Positions 9,032 to 18,725 of a stretch of DNA of 53,076 nt are shown here, one piece after another. The stretch comes from a virus. Its lineage: Duplodnaviria > Caudoviricetes. The notes under the pieces were generated by a model. It made no database searches. It was not told the origin of the DNA and saw only the letters and a program-made list of their open reading frames with translations. Where the stretch lies: the IMG/VR virus record IMGVR_UViG_3300038393_002038, positions 1 through 53,076 of that record. One strand, written 5' to 3'. A program made the translations under genes and the position numbers. The number at the start of each line of letters is the position of its first letter. Position 1 is the first letter of the stretch.

Positions 9032-9823
9032 ATGGCTAAGAGATTCACTGACACCAATAAATATAAAAAACCGTTTTTAAGAAATTTACCAGGGGCTTAT
9101 AAATTACTTTGGGATTTCCTTTACCACGATTGCGACCACGCCGGAATATGGATTGTAGATTTTGAGATAGCTCAAACTTATGTAGGAAAAGATATGCCTA
9201 TTACACAGGCGGGAGCATTAACTCTTTTTAACGATGATGAAATCAGAATCGTAAAAATTGATGGCGGTAAAAAATGGTTTATTCCTTCTTTTATTTTGTT
9301 CCAATATGGGAAACTTTCAGAAAAAAACCGGGCGCACTTAAATGTTATTTCTGTTCTTAAAAAATATGATTTAATAAACTCTGATTTTTCATTGAAGCCC
9401 CTTACAAGCCCCTTACAAGGGGCTAAGGAAATGGAACAAGAAGAAGAAAAGGAAAAAGAACAAGAAAACGCGCGAATCGAAAATTTAATCCCTGCCATGT
9501 CAAAAATGTTTCTCGAAAAAAACGAAGGTTATCCTGAAGATCAAATTAAGGATTTTCAATCTCTTAGAAAAATTGCGGTTCATTTTGGGAAAATTCTCGG
9601 ATTTAAGGAGCAAACAATTTTTACAAACAAAGACGAACAGTACGCAATCAAACTTAGATGGGGAGAACTTGTGTCTTTTATCGGATCGGATAAGCATTTT
9701 TCAAGGTACTCACTAACCCAAATAGAAAAATATTTTCAATCAATCATACAAGCCAAAAATGGAAACTTTACTAAAAAGCACTCTCAATCGGTTGGGCAAG
9801 AAATGGATTTCGATAATCCCTGA
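9032..9823 (+). CDS. Replication initiator protein
   Basis: Lies upstream of DnaC-like ATPase; internal iterons; charged linker. Confidence 0.7.
   Translation: MAKRFTDTNKYKKPFLRNLPGAYKLLWDFLYHDCDHAGIWIVDFEIAQTYVGKDMPITQAGALTLFNDDEIRIVKIDGGKKWFIPSFILFQYGKLSEKNRAHLNVISVLKKYDLINSDFSLKPLTSPLQGAKEMEQEEEKEKEQENARIENLIPAMSKMFLEKNEGYPEDQIKDFQSLRKIAVHFGKILGFKEQTIFTNKDEQYAIKLRWGELVSFIGSDKHFSRYSLTQIEKYFQSIIQAKNGNFTKKHSQSVGQEMDFDNP
9395..9424. promoter_or_regulatory. Putative replication origin iterons
   Basis: AAGCCCCTTAC x2 tandem then inverted AAGGGGCT, followed by purine-rich tract. Confidence 0.6.
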
Positions 9824-10655
9824 AGAAAAAGAAATGATTCTTACAGAAAAAGAAAAGGACGAAGCTATAAACCATGCTATTGAAGCAGCTAAAAAACATT
9901 TAGTCTGGAAGATGTGGGATAAAGGAGAAAGTGCTGAAAATATTGAGAATAAAATAAAGTCGATTGATTGGAAAAAAGAAATTAGTTCGGATGAAGTTTT
10001 GAGAATAGCCAACGAAAATAAACACACTGGCATCGAGATTAAAGTAAAATTAAAACAGCTGGAAGAGCAAGAAAAAAAGAACTATGAAGAATTAAAAAAA
10101 GAATGTAATGCTAATTATTTTTTTAAAGTTATGGCAGAGGGCAGCCGGAATTATGGGAAGAAATTAATCCAAAATGAATTTAATAAACCGCTGATCAAAG
10201 CTATTTGTTTTTTTCTTTCAGAAGATCCGCGATTTGAAACAGAATTAAATTATTCTCTTAAAAAAGGTTTACTAATTCGTGGAGTTTCAGGTATCGGGAA
10301 AACCTACTTAGTCACTTGCGTTAAAGATAATAAGTTCAAGCCAATCTCTATTTACTCAATGATTGACATTTCAGACGAAGTCAGAGAATACGGAGGCTTC
10401 CAGACAAAAGGGAAAGTTGTCTATTTGGACGATGTGGGAAGCGAAGAAACGGTGAATCATTACGGCAGTAAAATTAATTGGTTTAAAGAATTTTTAGAAA
10501 GCTATTACCTAAACAGTACCGATTTTTCAAGACTGATACTTTCGACCAATTGCAATTTTGATCAGATTCAGGAAAAGTACGGATTCAGGGTAAGAAGCCG
10601 GATGAAAGAAATGTTCAACATTATAGACGTAAAAGGAAAAGATTTAAGAAAATGA
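9759..10655 (+). CDS. DnaC/IstB-like ATPase (helicase loader)
   Basis: Walker A GVSGIGKT, Walker B YLDDVG, STN, SRMKEM. Confidence 0.85.
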   Translation: METLLKSTLNRLGKKWISIIPEEKEMILTEKEKDEAINHAIEAAKKHLVWKMWDKGESAENIENKIKSIDWKKEISSDEVLRIANENKHTGIEIKVKLKQLEEQEKKNYEELKKECNANYFFKVMAEGSRNYGKKLIQNEFNKPLIKAICFFLSEDPRFETELNYSLKKGLLIRGVSGIGKTYLVTCVKDNKFKPISIYSMIDISDEVREYGGFQTKGKVVYLDDVGSEETVNHYGSKINWFKEFLESYYLNSTDFSRLILSTNCNFDQIQEKYGFRVRSRMKEMFNIIDVKGKDLRK

Positions 10656-10960
10656 TTGATCTCGAACTTGCTTCAAAGTTTGTCGGAATGTACAACCGCA
10701 ACAAATCTATGCTGGATTTTTTCATAGAAAGTGAAGTTCCTAAAAGAGTGCTACTAAGAACTTATGAATTACTTGTGAAGGAGAATTTAACCAAAATAGA
10801 AGATTTACCGGAATCTGAGAAAACAGATTTAGTCAGAGAATGCCGCGCCACCGGAATCAGATTTACGAACGAAACTTTAAGACAGGCGGCAAGGATATTA
10901 CATACTTTAAAATTTATAAATAATGAAACTACGGTCAGCTTATCGAATAATCAGGTTTAA
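10652..10960 (+). CDS. Hypothetical protein
   Basis: ATGA coupling. Confidence 0.7.
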   Translation: MIDLELASKFVGMYNRNKSMLDFFIESEVPKRVLLRTYELLVKENLTKIEDLPESEKTDLVRECRATGIRFTNETLRQAARILHTLKFINNETTVSLSNNQV

Positions 10961-11117
10961 CGAAAAGTACAGGTTAATAATGAGGAATCATTGGGCATCA
11001 AATTTTAACGATCAATTTTTATTTGTAGCTGATACCAAATGGCAAGGTTACGGAGTAAAAGTTTGGAGAATTGGAATATTAAATTTTGCGCTGTGTTTAA
11101 TAGTGAATTTAGATTGA
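10923..11117 (+). CDS. Hypothetical protein
   Basis: Operon ORF. Confidence 0.5.
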   Translation: MKLRSAYRIIRFNEKYRLIMRNHWASNFNDQFLFVADTKWQGYGVKVWRIGILNFALCLIVNLD

Positions 11118-11365
11118 GATTAGAAATCTACATAAGAACCCGCTTCTACATTTCCGAGGAGATAACTCTTCCAGAAAAGGAAGACTGGATGAATCTAAAG
11201 AATAAGGATGATTTTGAAGTGTACTGCCAGGGAAGGGAAGATTATGTAAAATTAATGATCAGAGGGTTATTGAATAAATACTCCCGCGCAATCGGAGAAT
11301 CAGAGTGGGAGATAAGACGAATTTTTGAAAGTAAAATAAATAAAGAAGTAGCACAATTAAATTAA
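11039..11365 (+). CDS. Hypothetical protein (start probably nearer 11114)
   Basis: Operon ORF. Confidence 0.55.
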   Translation: MARLRSKSLENWNIKFCAVFNSEFRLRLEIYIRTRFYISEEITLPEKEDWMNLKNKDDFEVYCQGREDYVKLMIRGLLNKYSRAIGESEWEIRRIFESKINKEVAQLN

Positions 11366-11381
11366 AAAACCGTAAAAAAAT

Positions 11382-11996
11382 ATGATAAAACCTATTTTGT
11401 TTTCATCTCCTATGGTTCAAGCCATACTGGAAGGTAGAAAAACAATGACAAGAAGAATAATAAAGTTGCCTAAAGGCTGGGCTCCGGAAGATGATTTATG
11501 GGATTGGGATGCCCTTCAAGACTTTTATCCTGAAGTATTTAAAAAATATTCTGTTGGAGATGTTCTTTGGGTAAGGGAAACTGTTTTATTTTATAGCGAT
11601 GAAAACGGCAACGATGCTGTTTTATATAAGGCAGATCCAGATGTAGATGAATTTTCAATAGGCTTATTTGAAGGTAAACCTAAATGGAAGCCTTCTATTT
11701 TCATGCCTAAAGCAGCTTGCAGAATATTTTTAGAAATAACTGATGTGAGAATAGAACGGTTGCAGGATATAAGCGAAGAAGATGCGAAAGCAGAAGGTGC
11801 TTTTAAAAGAAATGACAACGGATTTGATGTTTACCGTGATTCAGAGGATAAATACAACGAATTGCAAGGCTTTAGTTTCAAAACTGGATTCAAATTCCTT
11901 TGGCAAAAAATAAACGGCGCTGAATCATGGGAAGCAAATCCTTTCGTGTGGGTAATTGAATTTAAACAAACTGAAAAACCGCAAAACTTCAGCTAA
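11382..11996 (+). CDS. ASCH/PUA-like conserved phage protein
   Basis: PILFS.PMV.AIL.GRKTMTRR, WVRET, WKPSIFMP, NPFVWVIEF. Confidence 0.85.
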   Translation: MIKPILFSSPMVQAILEGRKTMTRRIIKLPKGWAPEDDLWDWDALQDFYPEVFKKYSVGDVLWVRETVLFYSDENGNDAVLYKADPDVDEFSIGLFEGKPKWKPSIFMPKAACRIFLEITDVRIERLQDISEEDAKAEGAFKRNDNGFDVYRDSEDKYNELQGFSFKTGFKFLWQKINGAESWEANPFVWVIEFKQTEKPQNFS

Positions 11997-12256
11997 TGCT
12001 CCGCACAGTCTTACAGAGACACGGCTTTTTAGAAGAGGAAAGAAACCTTTATTACCTCTCTGTTCTTGAAACCTTCCCTCAAAACGAATGGTTTTTACCA
12101 ACAGACGAAAAGAACGATGAATTCACTATCTGTTACTGGTTTGCCTCCAGAGGTATGATCTGTAAAAAAGATGTTCCCCTGTTTATTAACGGAAGTTACA
12201 TGGGGATGAAAAAATATTATTTATGGAATGAAAATCTAAATTATAAAGAAGTATGA
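11996..12256 (+). CDS. Hypothetical protein
   Basis: TAATG coupling. Confidence 0.65.
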   Translation: MLRTVLQRHGFLEEERNLYYLSVLETFPQNEWFLPTDEKNDEFTICYWFASRGMICKKDVPLFINGSYMGMKKYYLWNENLNYKEV

Positions 12257-12438
12257 AACAAAAACTTTGGTGCTGCGTAGATTATCACACTGGAAAACCT
12301 AACTATTATTTACAATCGTTACATCATAGAAAAAAGGATTCCATAGAAACAGTACGGCACTATTTTGTTGACTGGAAAACCGCCGAAAGTTTGGGATGGA
12401 AATGTATTAAAGTAGAAGTAGAAATTAAACAAATTTGA
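12253..12438 (+). CDS. Hypothetical protein
   Basis: ATGA coupling. Confidence 0.6.
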   Translation: MKQKLWCCVDYHTGKPNYYLQSLHHRKKDSIETVRHYFVDWKTAESLGWKCIKVEVEIKQI

Positions 12439-12638
12439 GAGCAAGAATAGTAAATATGGATAAGAATATCAGACAGTCTTTGGGCTTGTATCTATGGCAA
12501 ATATTTGAAGTTAAAAATATTGAAATAGTGCAGCAAGGAAGAAAATATCCACGTGAAACAAAGTGGGTTAATTGCCGTATGAAAAACGGGAAACCTGTGA
12601 GATTCTTATGGTATGAAGTTGAATTATTAAACCAATAA
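12435..12638 (+). CDS. Hypothetical protein
   Basis: TTGA coupling. Confidence 0.55.
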   Translation: MRARIVNMDKNIRQSLGLYLWQIFEVKNIEIVQQGRKYPRETKWVNCRMKNGKPVRFLWYEVELLNQ

Positions 12639-12648
12639 ATGAGGTAAA

Positions 12649-13155
12649 ATGAAAACAGAAATAAGGTTGTCTTATTGGGAGGATTTACTTCTTGATGATA
12701 TTGAAGGCGAAAAATGGATATATATTAAAGGATATGATTCATATATGTGTTCCAATTATGGTAGAATAAAATCAATGGAAAGATATTGTAGGTGCAGAAG
12801 CGGTTCTGAAAGATTGGTTCGTGAAAGAATCATGAAACAGCAAAAAAGAAAATTAAACTATGGCGGTAAATATAGGGCGGAGGTTATATTGCAAACGGGT
12901 AATCATAAGAAAGGAGGTTATCCTGTTTTATCGTTAGTTACATCGTCTTTCAACATTAAAAAGAAACCGAATGAAGTTTTTTTTCATAAAGACGGGAATT
13001 CTATGAATAACTCATTATATAATATATCGGTTGGTGACAAAAGCATTGTTCAAAAAAACGATATTAAAAAAAACGGAAGAGATTATTTTTCTAAATGGAT
13101 AAGGTACAACTATCCAGACCTTGTTAACGAACATAGAAAATATTTAAAATCGTAA
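12649..13155 (+). CDS. NUMOD4 protein with degenerate HNH domain
   Basis: EKW..IKGY..Y..SNYGRIKS; HKDGNSMNN..NI. Confidence 0.75.
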   Translation: MKTEIRLSYWEDLLLDDIEGEKWIYIKGYDSYMCSNYGRIKSMERYCRCRSGSERLVRERIMKQQKRKLNYGGKYRAEVILQTGNHKKGGYPVLSLVTSSFNIKKKPNEVFFHKDGNSMNNSLYNISVGDKSIVQKNDIKKNGRDYFSKWIRYNYPDLVNEHRKYLKS

Positions 13156-13166
13156 AATAACAATCA

Positions 13167-13316
13167 ATGAAACAACAAATAACAGGCTTTACTCAATTTG
13201 AAGAAAGTTGTAAAAAAGAAGTGAGAGGAGGCGTTACGATGTATGACATTAAAGGTTTTTATAAATGGTTAACAATAAAAGAATTAATCACTTATTATTT
13301 CTCAAAAATAATTTAA
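13167..13316 (+). CDS. Small hypothetical protein (49 aa)
   Basis: Read by eye; begins MKQQI like the next two genes. Confidence 0.55.
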   Translation: MKQQITGFTQFEESCKKEVRGGVTMYDIKGFYKWLTIKELITYYFSKII

Positions 13317-13325
13317 TCTTAATAA

Positions 13326-13559
13326 ATGAAACAACAAATAAACGAACCAGATTACAAGCAAATTGCTTTCAAACTTCAAAGCGACATCGACCATAAAAAG
13401 TGGGAGTATTCCACTCTTTGCAAAAAGGATATAAAGTTCTTAAAAGAAATGAAAGCACACGCTAAAAAAGCATTCGACCAAAAAGATGTAACCTCAAAGG
13501 AAATGCTTTTTACAATGATCAATGATTGGATTGATGAACTTAAAAAATTAGAGCTATGA
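13326..13559 (+). CDS. Hypothetical protein
   Basis: Operon ORF, MKQQI start. Confidence 0.65.
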   Translation: MKQQINEPDYKQIAFKLQSDIDHKKWEYSTLCKKDIKFLKEMKAHAKKAFDQKDVTSKEMLFTMINDWIDELKKLEL

Positions 13560-13975
13560 AACAACAAATCTTAAATCTAAAAAAGAAACTACTGATAGTA
13601 GAAATTGGTGGCGAACTCGGGGATGCGTTTGTCGAATTAATCAGAAAGCACGGAATGGCTGAAATTGTAGGTAAGCTAAATGACATTAAGGAGGGTGAAT
13701 TTGAGCAATGGGTTGCTGATAATGGCTTAGGATGCTACGATAATTATAAGGGCATTGTAGATAACAAATACACTTGTTTAACTGCTAAAGAATCTTTCTT
13801 CTCTTATTTAGAAGCACAGGGAATTTATTTTGAGAATCCATTAGGAGAAAAACCAAAAACAAAAACAACTCCCTATGTTATTAAAATAGCCGATGCTTCA
13901 GAACTTAAAGCATGGCAAGAAGCAGAAGAAAAAGTATGGAACCTGAATAACTGTTACATTTTTGAAATATTATGA
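13556..13975 (+). CDS. Hypothetical protein
   Basis: ATGA coupling, MKQQI start. Confidence 0.7.
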   Translation: MKQQILNLKKKLLIVEIGGELGDAFVELIRKHGMAEIVGKLNDIKEGEFEQWVADNGLGCYDNYKGIVDNKYTCLTAKESFFSYLEAQGIYFENPLGEKPKTKTTPYVIKIADASELKAWQEAEEKVWNLNNCYIFEIL

Positions 13976-14199
13976 TTAACTGGCAAGAAATAGGCGCGGA
14001 TGATTTTTCCGCAATGTCACCATGTAAAAAGTATTTTTTAAGAGCAGAATATATGGGTAATTATTGGTGGTGGTGCGTTTATTACAAGGGAGAAACAATA
14101 AGCAATAGTATGTTTTCAGGGGAACCTGCTACAACCAAAAAACAGGCTTTAAAGGCCGCTGAAAAATGTTATAAAAAACACGTAAATAAAACAAAATGA
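13972..14199 (+). CDS. Hypothetical protein
   Basis: ATGA coupling. Confidence 0.65.
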   Translation: MINWQEIGADDFSAMSPCKKYFLRAEYMGNYWWWCVYYKGETISNSMFSGEPATTKKQALKAAEKCYKKHVNKTK

Positions 14200-14462
14200 C
14201 AAACATTCCAAAAACAATATACCTGCAAATAGGTAAAGACTGCCCGATGGATGACGGCGAAGATTTTAAAAACCTTTCAGAAGTTACATGGTGTGCAGAA
14301 AGAATAAATGAAAATGACATTGAGTATGTACTGAAACTAAGTGATGAAGATTTGCGCATATTGAAGCAAATAAGAAATTATTTCGGTGAAAACGATGCAG
14401 CGGTTTTTAACCATGCCGCCTTTTCAGTAATTGATAAAATAATTCAATCACAATTAAAATAA
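14196..14462 (+). CDS. Hypothetical protein
   Basis: ATGA coupling; PKTIYLQIG..EVTWC. Confidence 0.7.
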   Translation: MTNIPKTIYLQIGKDCPMDDGEDFKNLSEVTWCAERINENDIEYVLKLSDEDLRILKQIRNYFGENDAAVFNHAAFSVIDKIIQSQLK

Positions 14463-14773
14463 AAACAGAATGAAAACCGGAGTTGAATTAATTGCCGAAG
14501 AAAGGCAAGAACAAATCGAAAAACATGGTTGGGATTTTGAGCATGACAAAAACCATGATGATGGAAGTCTTGTTGATGCAGCTATAGCAATCGCTTTTAA
14601 TGATGAGAATATTGAAGCAAGATTTGAGGCTCCATCTTGGGCGTGGGGCATTAGAAACCATAAGCGGCATAGTAAGCGGAAAGGGATTGAAAAAATTGAA
14701 AGATTAAAAGTAGCAGGCGCTTTACTTGCTGCGGAAATTGACCGTTTACAATCACAATTAAAATAAAAACAGA
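14445..14773 (+). repeat. 25-bp direct repeat pair flanking one gene
   Basis: CAATCACAATTAAAATAAAAACAGA at 14445-14469 and 14749-14773. Confidence 0.9.
14470..14766 (+). CDS. Conserved phage protein
   Basis: IAEERQEQIEKHGW..EHD..H, AGALLAAEIDRL. Confidence 0.8.
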   Translation: MKTGVELIAEERQEQIEKHGWDFEHDKNHDDGSLVDAAIAIAFNDENIEARFEAPSWAWGIRNHKRHSKRKGIEKIERLKVAGALLAAEIDRLQSQLK

Positions 14774-15207
14774 TGGACTTACAAACTTGTATTCAAAACT
14801 CACTCAAAGAAGCAAGAGAAAAAACCCTTGCAAATTCAGATCAGTTAACATTAGGAGAAATGATTTCAAAATTAGATGCTATCGAACAAAGAAACGAAGA
14901 GCCGGAAGTAGTTTATGATTTTGGGTATTTATTTCCTACTGAAATAGATAGTTGGCGCGGCAGTTACGATGAACTTGCCCTTAATTATAAAAGCGAAGGT
15001 GAAAAAATGAAATTGTCTGAATTTTTGTCTATGCTTAAAAATGCCGTAGGTAAAGAATATACAGGATATAAAGGCGGCGAATTTATTATGACCGAAAACA
15101 CGCCTGTATGGGTTTCTAATTATGGAGAAGCGTGTGATACTGCCGTTATTGATATTGTTGATGACGAATGGAGAGTAATAATTATCACAGCACTTAGAGA
15201 ATTTTGA
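14773..15207 (+). CDS. Conserved phage protein
   Basis: SWRGSYDELAL, GYKGGEF.M. Confidence 0.8.
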   Translation: MDLQTCIQNSLKEAREKTLANSDQLTLGEMISKLDAIEQRNEEPEVVYDFGYLFPTEIDSWRGSYDELALNYKSEGEKMKLSEFLSMLKNAVGKEYTGYKGGEFIMTENTPVWVSNYGEACDTAVIDIVDDEWRVIIITALREF

Positions 15208-15623
15208 ACCGTAACCCCACCATACAAGATATTCTGAACTCTCCTTGCGCTGGGAGAAATCAGCACCTCGTTGAAGCCAACGGGGTGGTCAAGAAAATAA
15301 TTAAAGCCCGCAATGATTGTAAAGAAGTGCAGTGGATTCACTGGCAATTAAAGTATTGGTGCGAAGAAAAAGGCTACGCTTTAGAAAAAGAATACCGATT
15401 CAGTAAACGAAGATTCAGGTTTGATTTTGCATTACCTGAATTTAAAATCGCTGTGGAATATGATGGGTTGAACAGTGAGAAGTCCGGCCACACAACTTTA
15501 ACCGGATTTACTAAGGACACCGAAAAAATTAATTTGGCAATAAGTTTAGGCTGGAAGGTTTTAAGATTTACTTGCATTAATTACCAAACAGTTTTACAGG
15601 AAGTTGAAAAAATAATAAAATAA
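15204..15623 (+). CDS. PD-(D/E)XK endonuclease (Vsr/DUF559-like)
   Basis: EYRF...RFRFDFA...KIAVEYDG...H...GWKVLRFT. Confidence 0.8.
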   Translation: MNRNPTIQDILNSPCAGRNQHLVEANGVVKKIIKARNDCKEVQWIHWQLKYWCEEKGYALEKEYRFSKRRFRFDFALPEFKIAVEYDGLNSEKSGHTTLTGFTKDTEKINLAISLGWKVLRFTCINYQTVLQEVEKIIK

Positions 15624-15659
15624 TGTCGAACTATCAAAATTTAAACGGAATAGAATAAT

Positions 15660-15911
15660 ATGGAACTACTTATGAAATTCACAGATGAAACCGAATCATT
15701 TTGCAATGGAGTGGAGTTTGGAAGGCTGCTTGAAAAAATGCAAAGGGGCGATGAAAATATTTCAAATTGTAACTTTCCAGTCAAGATAAAAAACAAAAAT
15801 GTCATTGAAAAGGCGTGCGCCGAGTATGGTTATATACCTTCATTTGGCGCTACATCTTTTGATGAATGGATAGAATTTACTGGCATAAAAAAATCATTCA
15901 CCTTAAATTAA
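15660..15911 (+). CDS. Hypothetical protein
   Basis: Operon ORF. Confidence 0.6.
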   Translation: MELLMKFTDETESFCNGVEFGRLLEKMQRGDENISNCNFPVKIKNKNVIEKACAEYGYIPSFGATSFDEWIEFTGIKKSFTLN

Positions 15912-16084
15912 TACATAATGAAAGCAGCACTATTAAAGATTGAACAATTAAAGAAACAAGGCCACGCCATATTTTCTTTCAACGAAAATGAAATATGGTA
16001 CACAGATAAGAATGATGGGAAATTAAGATGTATTTACAGGAAAATTTAATTGAAGTCTAAATACAACATTGAAATAATAGAAAA

Positions 16085-16300
16085 ATGATAAAACAAAAAC
16101 AACCTTACGGATGCGGACTATATGCCGTTGCTAATGCCTGTAATTTAAAAAATTTTATTACAGAAGAACGTCTTGAAGCAAGTAAAAAAGGAAACGTTAT
16201 CGGTCAACTATTTATGGACTTTTTATTTTTATGGGCGTTGAAGACGGATCTTATGTGTTCGTTTAAAAAGCCCCTTATAGAAATAAGGAGCCACAATTAA
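16085..16300 (+). CDS. Hypothetical, possibly a truncated papain-like peptidase remnant
   Basis: Q....CGLYAVAN N-terminus; ORF runs into the terminator. Confidence 0.4.
   Translation: MIKQKQPYGCGLYAVANACNLKNFITEERLEASKKGNVIGQLFMDFLFLWALKTDLMCSFKKPLIEIRSHN
16265..16292 (-). terminator. Intrinsic terminator ending the late transcript
   Basis: GGCTCCTTAT-TTCT-ATAAGGGGC + T5 on the minus strand at the convergence point. Confidence 0.75.
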
Positions 16301-16388
16301 ACTTAAACAAAGGTTTATTTTCCTGCTTTAAACTTAGCTATGAGTAACTTCTTCAGTAGTTTAATAAACTCGGTGTGGGGTTTGTAGA

Positions 16389-16697
16389 TCATCTTTTGGT
16401 TTTTTCGTATTCATACAGTCTTTTAGAGAATTCTTCTACAAAATCTTCATCCCATTTTAATTTGTGATCCATCGAGTGTAGAATCTGATGTACCAACTCA
16501 TGAAAGAATGTTTTCTCTTTGTCGGATTTTTTGACCACTCTGTTTTTCCAGTCTTTATGACAAAGTGTAATAATTCGCTCCGTAAAGTCAGCTTCTCCCC
16601 ATAATTTATCGTCACGGCAATAATCGTCATCTATAATAACGGTGACTTTTTTGCCACCCAACTTAAACAGGGACGGTATAATAAATGAGCCGTTCAT
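16389..16697 (-). CDS. Small zincin-like (HExxH) protein
   Basis: TFFHELVHQILH. Confidence 0.75.
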   Translation of the reverse strand: MNGSFIIPSLFKLGGKKVTVIIDDDYCRDDKLWGEADFTERIITLCHKDWKNRVVKKSDKEKTFFHELVHQILHSMDHKLKWDEDFVEEFSKRLYEYEKTKR

Positions 16698-16857
16698 TTA
16701 AGATAAAATTCATCTGGACGTTCTTCTGATAAATTTGGGGCTTCTTTGATCTGTTGCCTCAATTTCACCATTTCCATCTTCACCTGTTTTAATCTCGAGT
16801 GCCCTTCGGTGAACTCCTTTAATAATTTGTCGTACTTTTTTTGTAGTTGTGATTTTT

Positions 16858-17850
16858 TCATAAAACTTTGCCGTTTAAAATCCGTTTATTTCGGAACTCA
16901 TAATTTTTCCCATTGCTGTCTAAATCCACTATTGCAAAGCCGTGATTCCATTTATTTAGTGGCATATATTGTGGGTGGAGTTCGCTTAAACATCCCACTG
17001 AAAAAGTAGTTACCATTTTCCCTGTTAAAGTTGGTTCGGTGTGCTCTGATGTCTGATGATTGTGGCCTTGAAAGCAGGAAACTTTTGATCTTAAAAACAA
17101 CCCCCTTGCAGGATTAACAGGTGCTGAAATTCCGCCTATGTATTCGTGACCGTGTATTCCACATAATTCATTCATCTGCATATATCTTTTGTCTCCGATA
17201 ATGTCTACTCCCCTGGCTCTTGCTTTGATAATATTTTCAAAATCAAATTCCGTAACTCCTACCAATTCTTTGGCTTTCTCAAATAAAAAATGTTCATACC
17301 TCTCTTCATGGTTTCCAATCTTGAAATAAATTTTACACTTTAATTGTTTTTCAAAAACATCAAACAAGGATTTAAAAATATCCAGTTCGAGAGCAAAATT
17401 TCTTTTTCCTGGATCCTTCGTGTACCTGCTTAATTTGTGGCAATCTATTGTGTCTCCGTTTAATAAGAGTGCATCGGGCTTTTCTTTTTTTGAGTAAGAA
17501 ATAGCCGCTGTGAGTGCCGGAATATTGTGATAAGGTGCGTGAATGTCCGAAAGTATAACGATTCTCTTATGTCCTTTAAACACGAAAGGTGTGTAATCTG
17601 TTTCATCTGAAGCCGGTAGATTATACGGATTGCGCGGTCTTTCTTCCTTTAAGATAAATTCTGTTTTTTCGCCTAAATCCTTTAAAGCTGACTTCCCAAA
17701 TTTACCTTCGATATATCTAAGTCTGCTCCGCGCATCTTCCACATTTTTAAAAAGGAGTTTATTTTTGGAATACATAATCCTCGCGAGTTTCAAAGTAGGC
17801 ATATCAGGGTTCTTTTTGCGCCACTTTCGCGCTACGTCAGCTTTGTTCAT
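16858..17850 (-). CDS. Calcineurin-like metallophosphoesterase
   Basis: DIH, GD..D, GNHE, HGH, GHNH motifs. Confidence 0.9.
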   Translation of the reverse strand: MNKADVARKWRKKNPDMPTLKLARIMYSKNKLLFKNVEDARSRLRYIEGKFGKSALKDLGEKTEFILKEERPRNPYNLPASDETDYTPFVFKGHKRIVILSDIHAPYHNIPALTAAISYSKKEKPDALLLNGDTIDCHKLSRYTKDPGKRNFALELDIFKSLFDVFEKQLKCKIYFKIGNHEERYEHFLFEKAKELVGVTEFDFENIIKARARGVDIIGDKRYMQMNELCGIHGHEYIGGISAPVNPARGLFLRSKVSCFQGHNHQTSEHTEPTLTGKMVTTFSVGCLSELHPQYMPLNKWNHGFAIVDLDSNGKNYEFRNKRILNGKVL

Positions 17851-18308
17851 AATACAGGTTTAAAATATAAGTCCGCCTCCTCTTTTCTTCTTCTCACTAA
17901 ATCGTCTAAAATTTTCCCATCATTATAAATCCAGCGTCCGAATTGATTTCTGATATCAGGGTCATTGGGATTGTAACGGATTCTTTTTAGCAGAGTGGAA
18001 TTTTCAAAAGCGCCTATTCCGATATTGTACACGAGCGAGGAAATAGCATCGAATTGATTTTGATTGAGTTTAAGGTTCATGCCTCTTAAAACAGATGTTT
18101 TGTTTCCAACTTCCCACCTCAAAAGGTCTTCGGCTTGTTCTTTTGTGATCGTATCACCTAACTTGATTTTACTCCCATCCTTGTACATGGTAGAACCGTA
18201 ACCAATAGTTATAGGAAGCCCGTCTTTGCTTCCAGGGTCTTTGTAGGCATGAAGTACCAAGCCCTCAAAGTTTTTAATGATAGAGATGCCGTTTTCTGAT
18301 GCTGTCAT
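17847..18308 (-). CDS. Endolysin, GH24 lysozyme
   Basis: FEG...AY.D....TIGYG, NQNQFDA..S..YNIG, L..RR..E; start reassigned to MTASENG. Confidence 0.92.
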   Translation of the reverse strand: MTASENGISIIKNFEGLVLHAYKDPGSKDGLPITIGYGSTMYKDGSKIKLGDTITKEQAEDLLRWEVGNKTSVLRGMNLKLNQNQFDAISSLVYNIGIGAFENSTLLKRIRYNPNDPDIRNQFGRWIYNDGKILDDLVRRRKEEADLYFKPVL

Positions 18309-18725
18309 AATGTTGATGAAGTGGTTTTCCAAATTGTGAATCTGAAATAGCTTACATTCTTCCTTAATTCGGCTTTTCTCATTACAAGACGGATAAGAGA
18401 TACTTTTTCTTTTTTCATGCGTCAAAATTTGATTTTTCTGCCCACGTTATTTTTACGTGTCCGTTTTTACTTCGTTTTTGCCCCCCGAAGGGATTAAACC
18501 CGTCCTTGCCCGTCGGAATAAAGCAGCAAAACTTAATGCTCAAAATCACTTATCTCTCCATCAAACAACGCTACTGGCAATAGCTGTAATGTTGGTCATT
18601 GAATGTGTACGTGATGAATTAACCAAATTATACCTTCAGTAATCCCGTAAACGCACGTAAGCGCTCCGATACCAGCGAGCATAAAAACAATTTTTAAAAA
18701 TGTTTCAGACCATAGATTCATGTTA

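Noticed and set aside
18309-18425. N-terminal extension (SAR or signal) on the lysozyme
   Set aside because: Not hydrophobic; ATG at 18308 fits the GH24 start better
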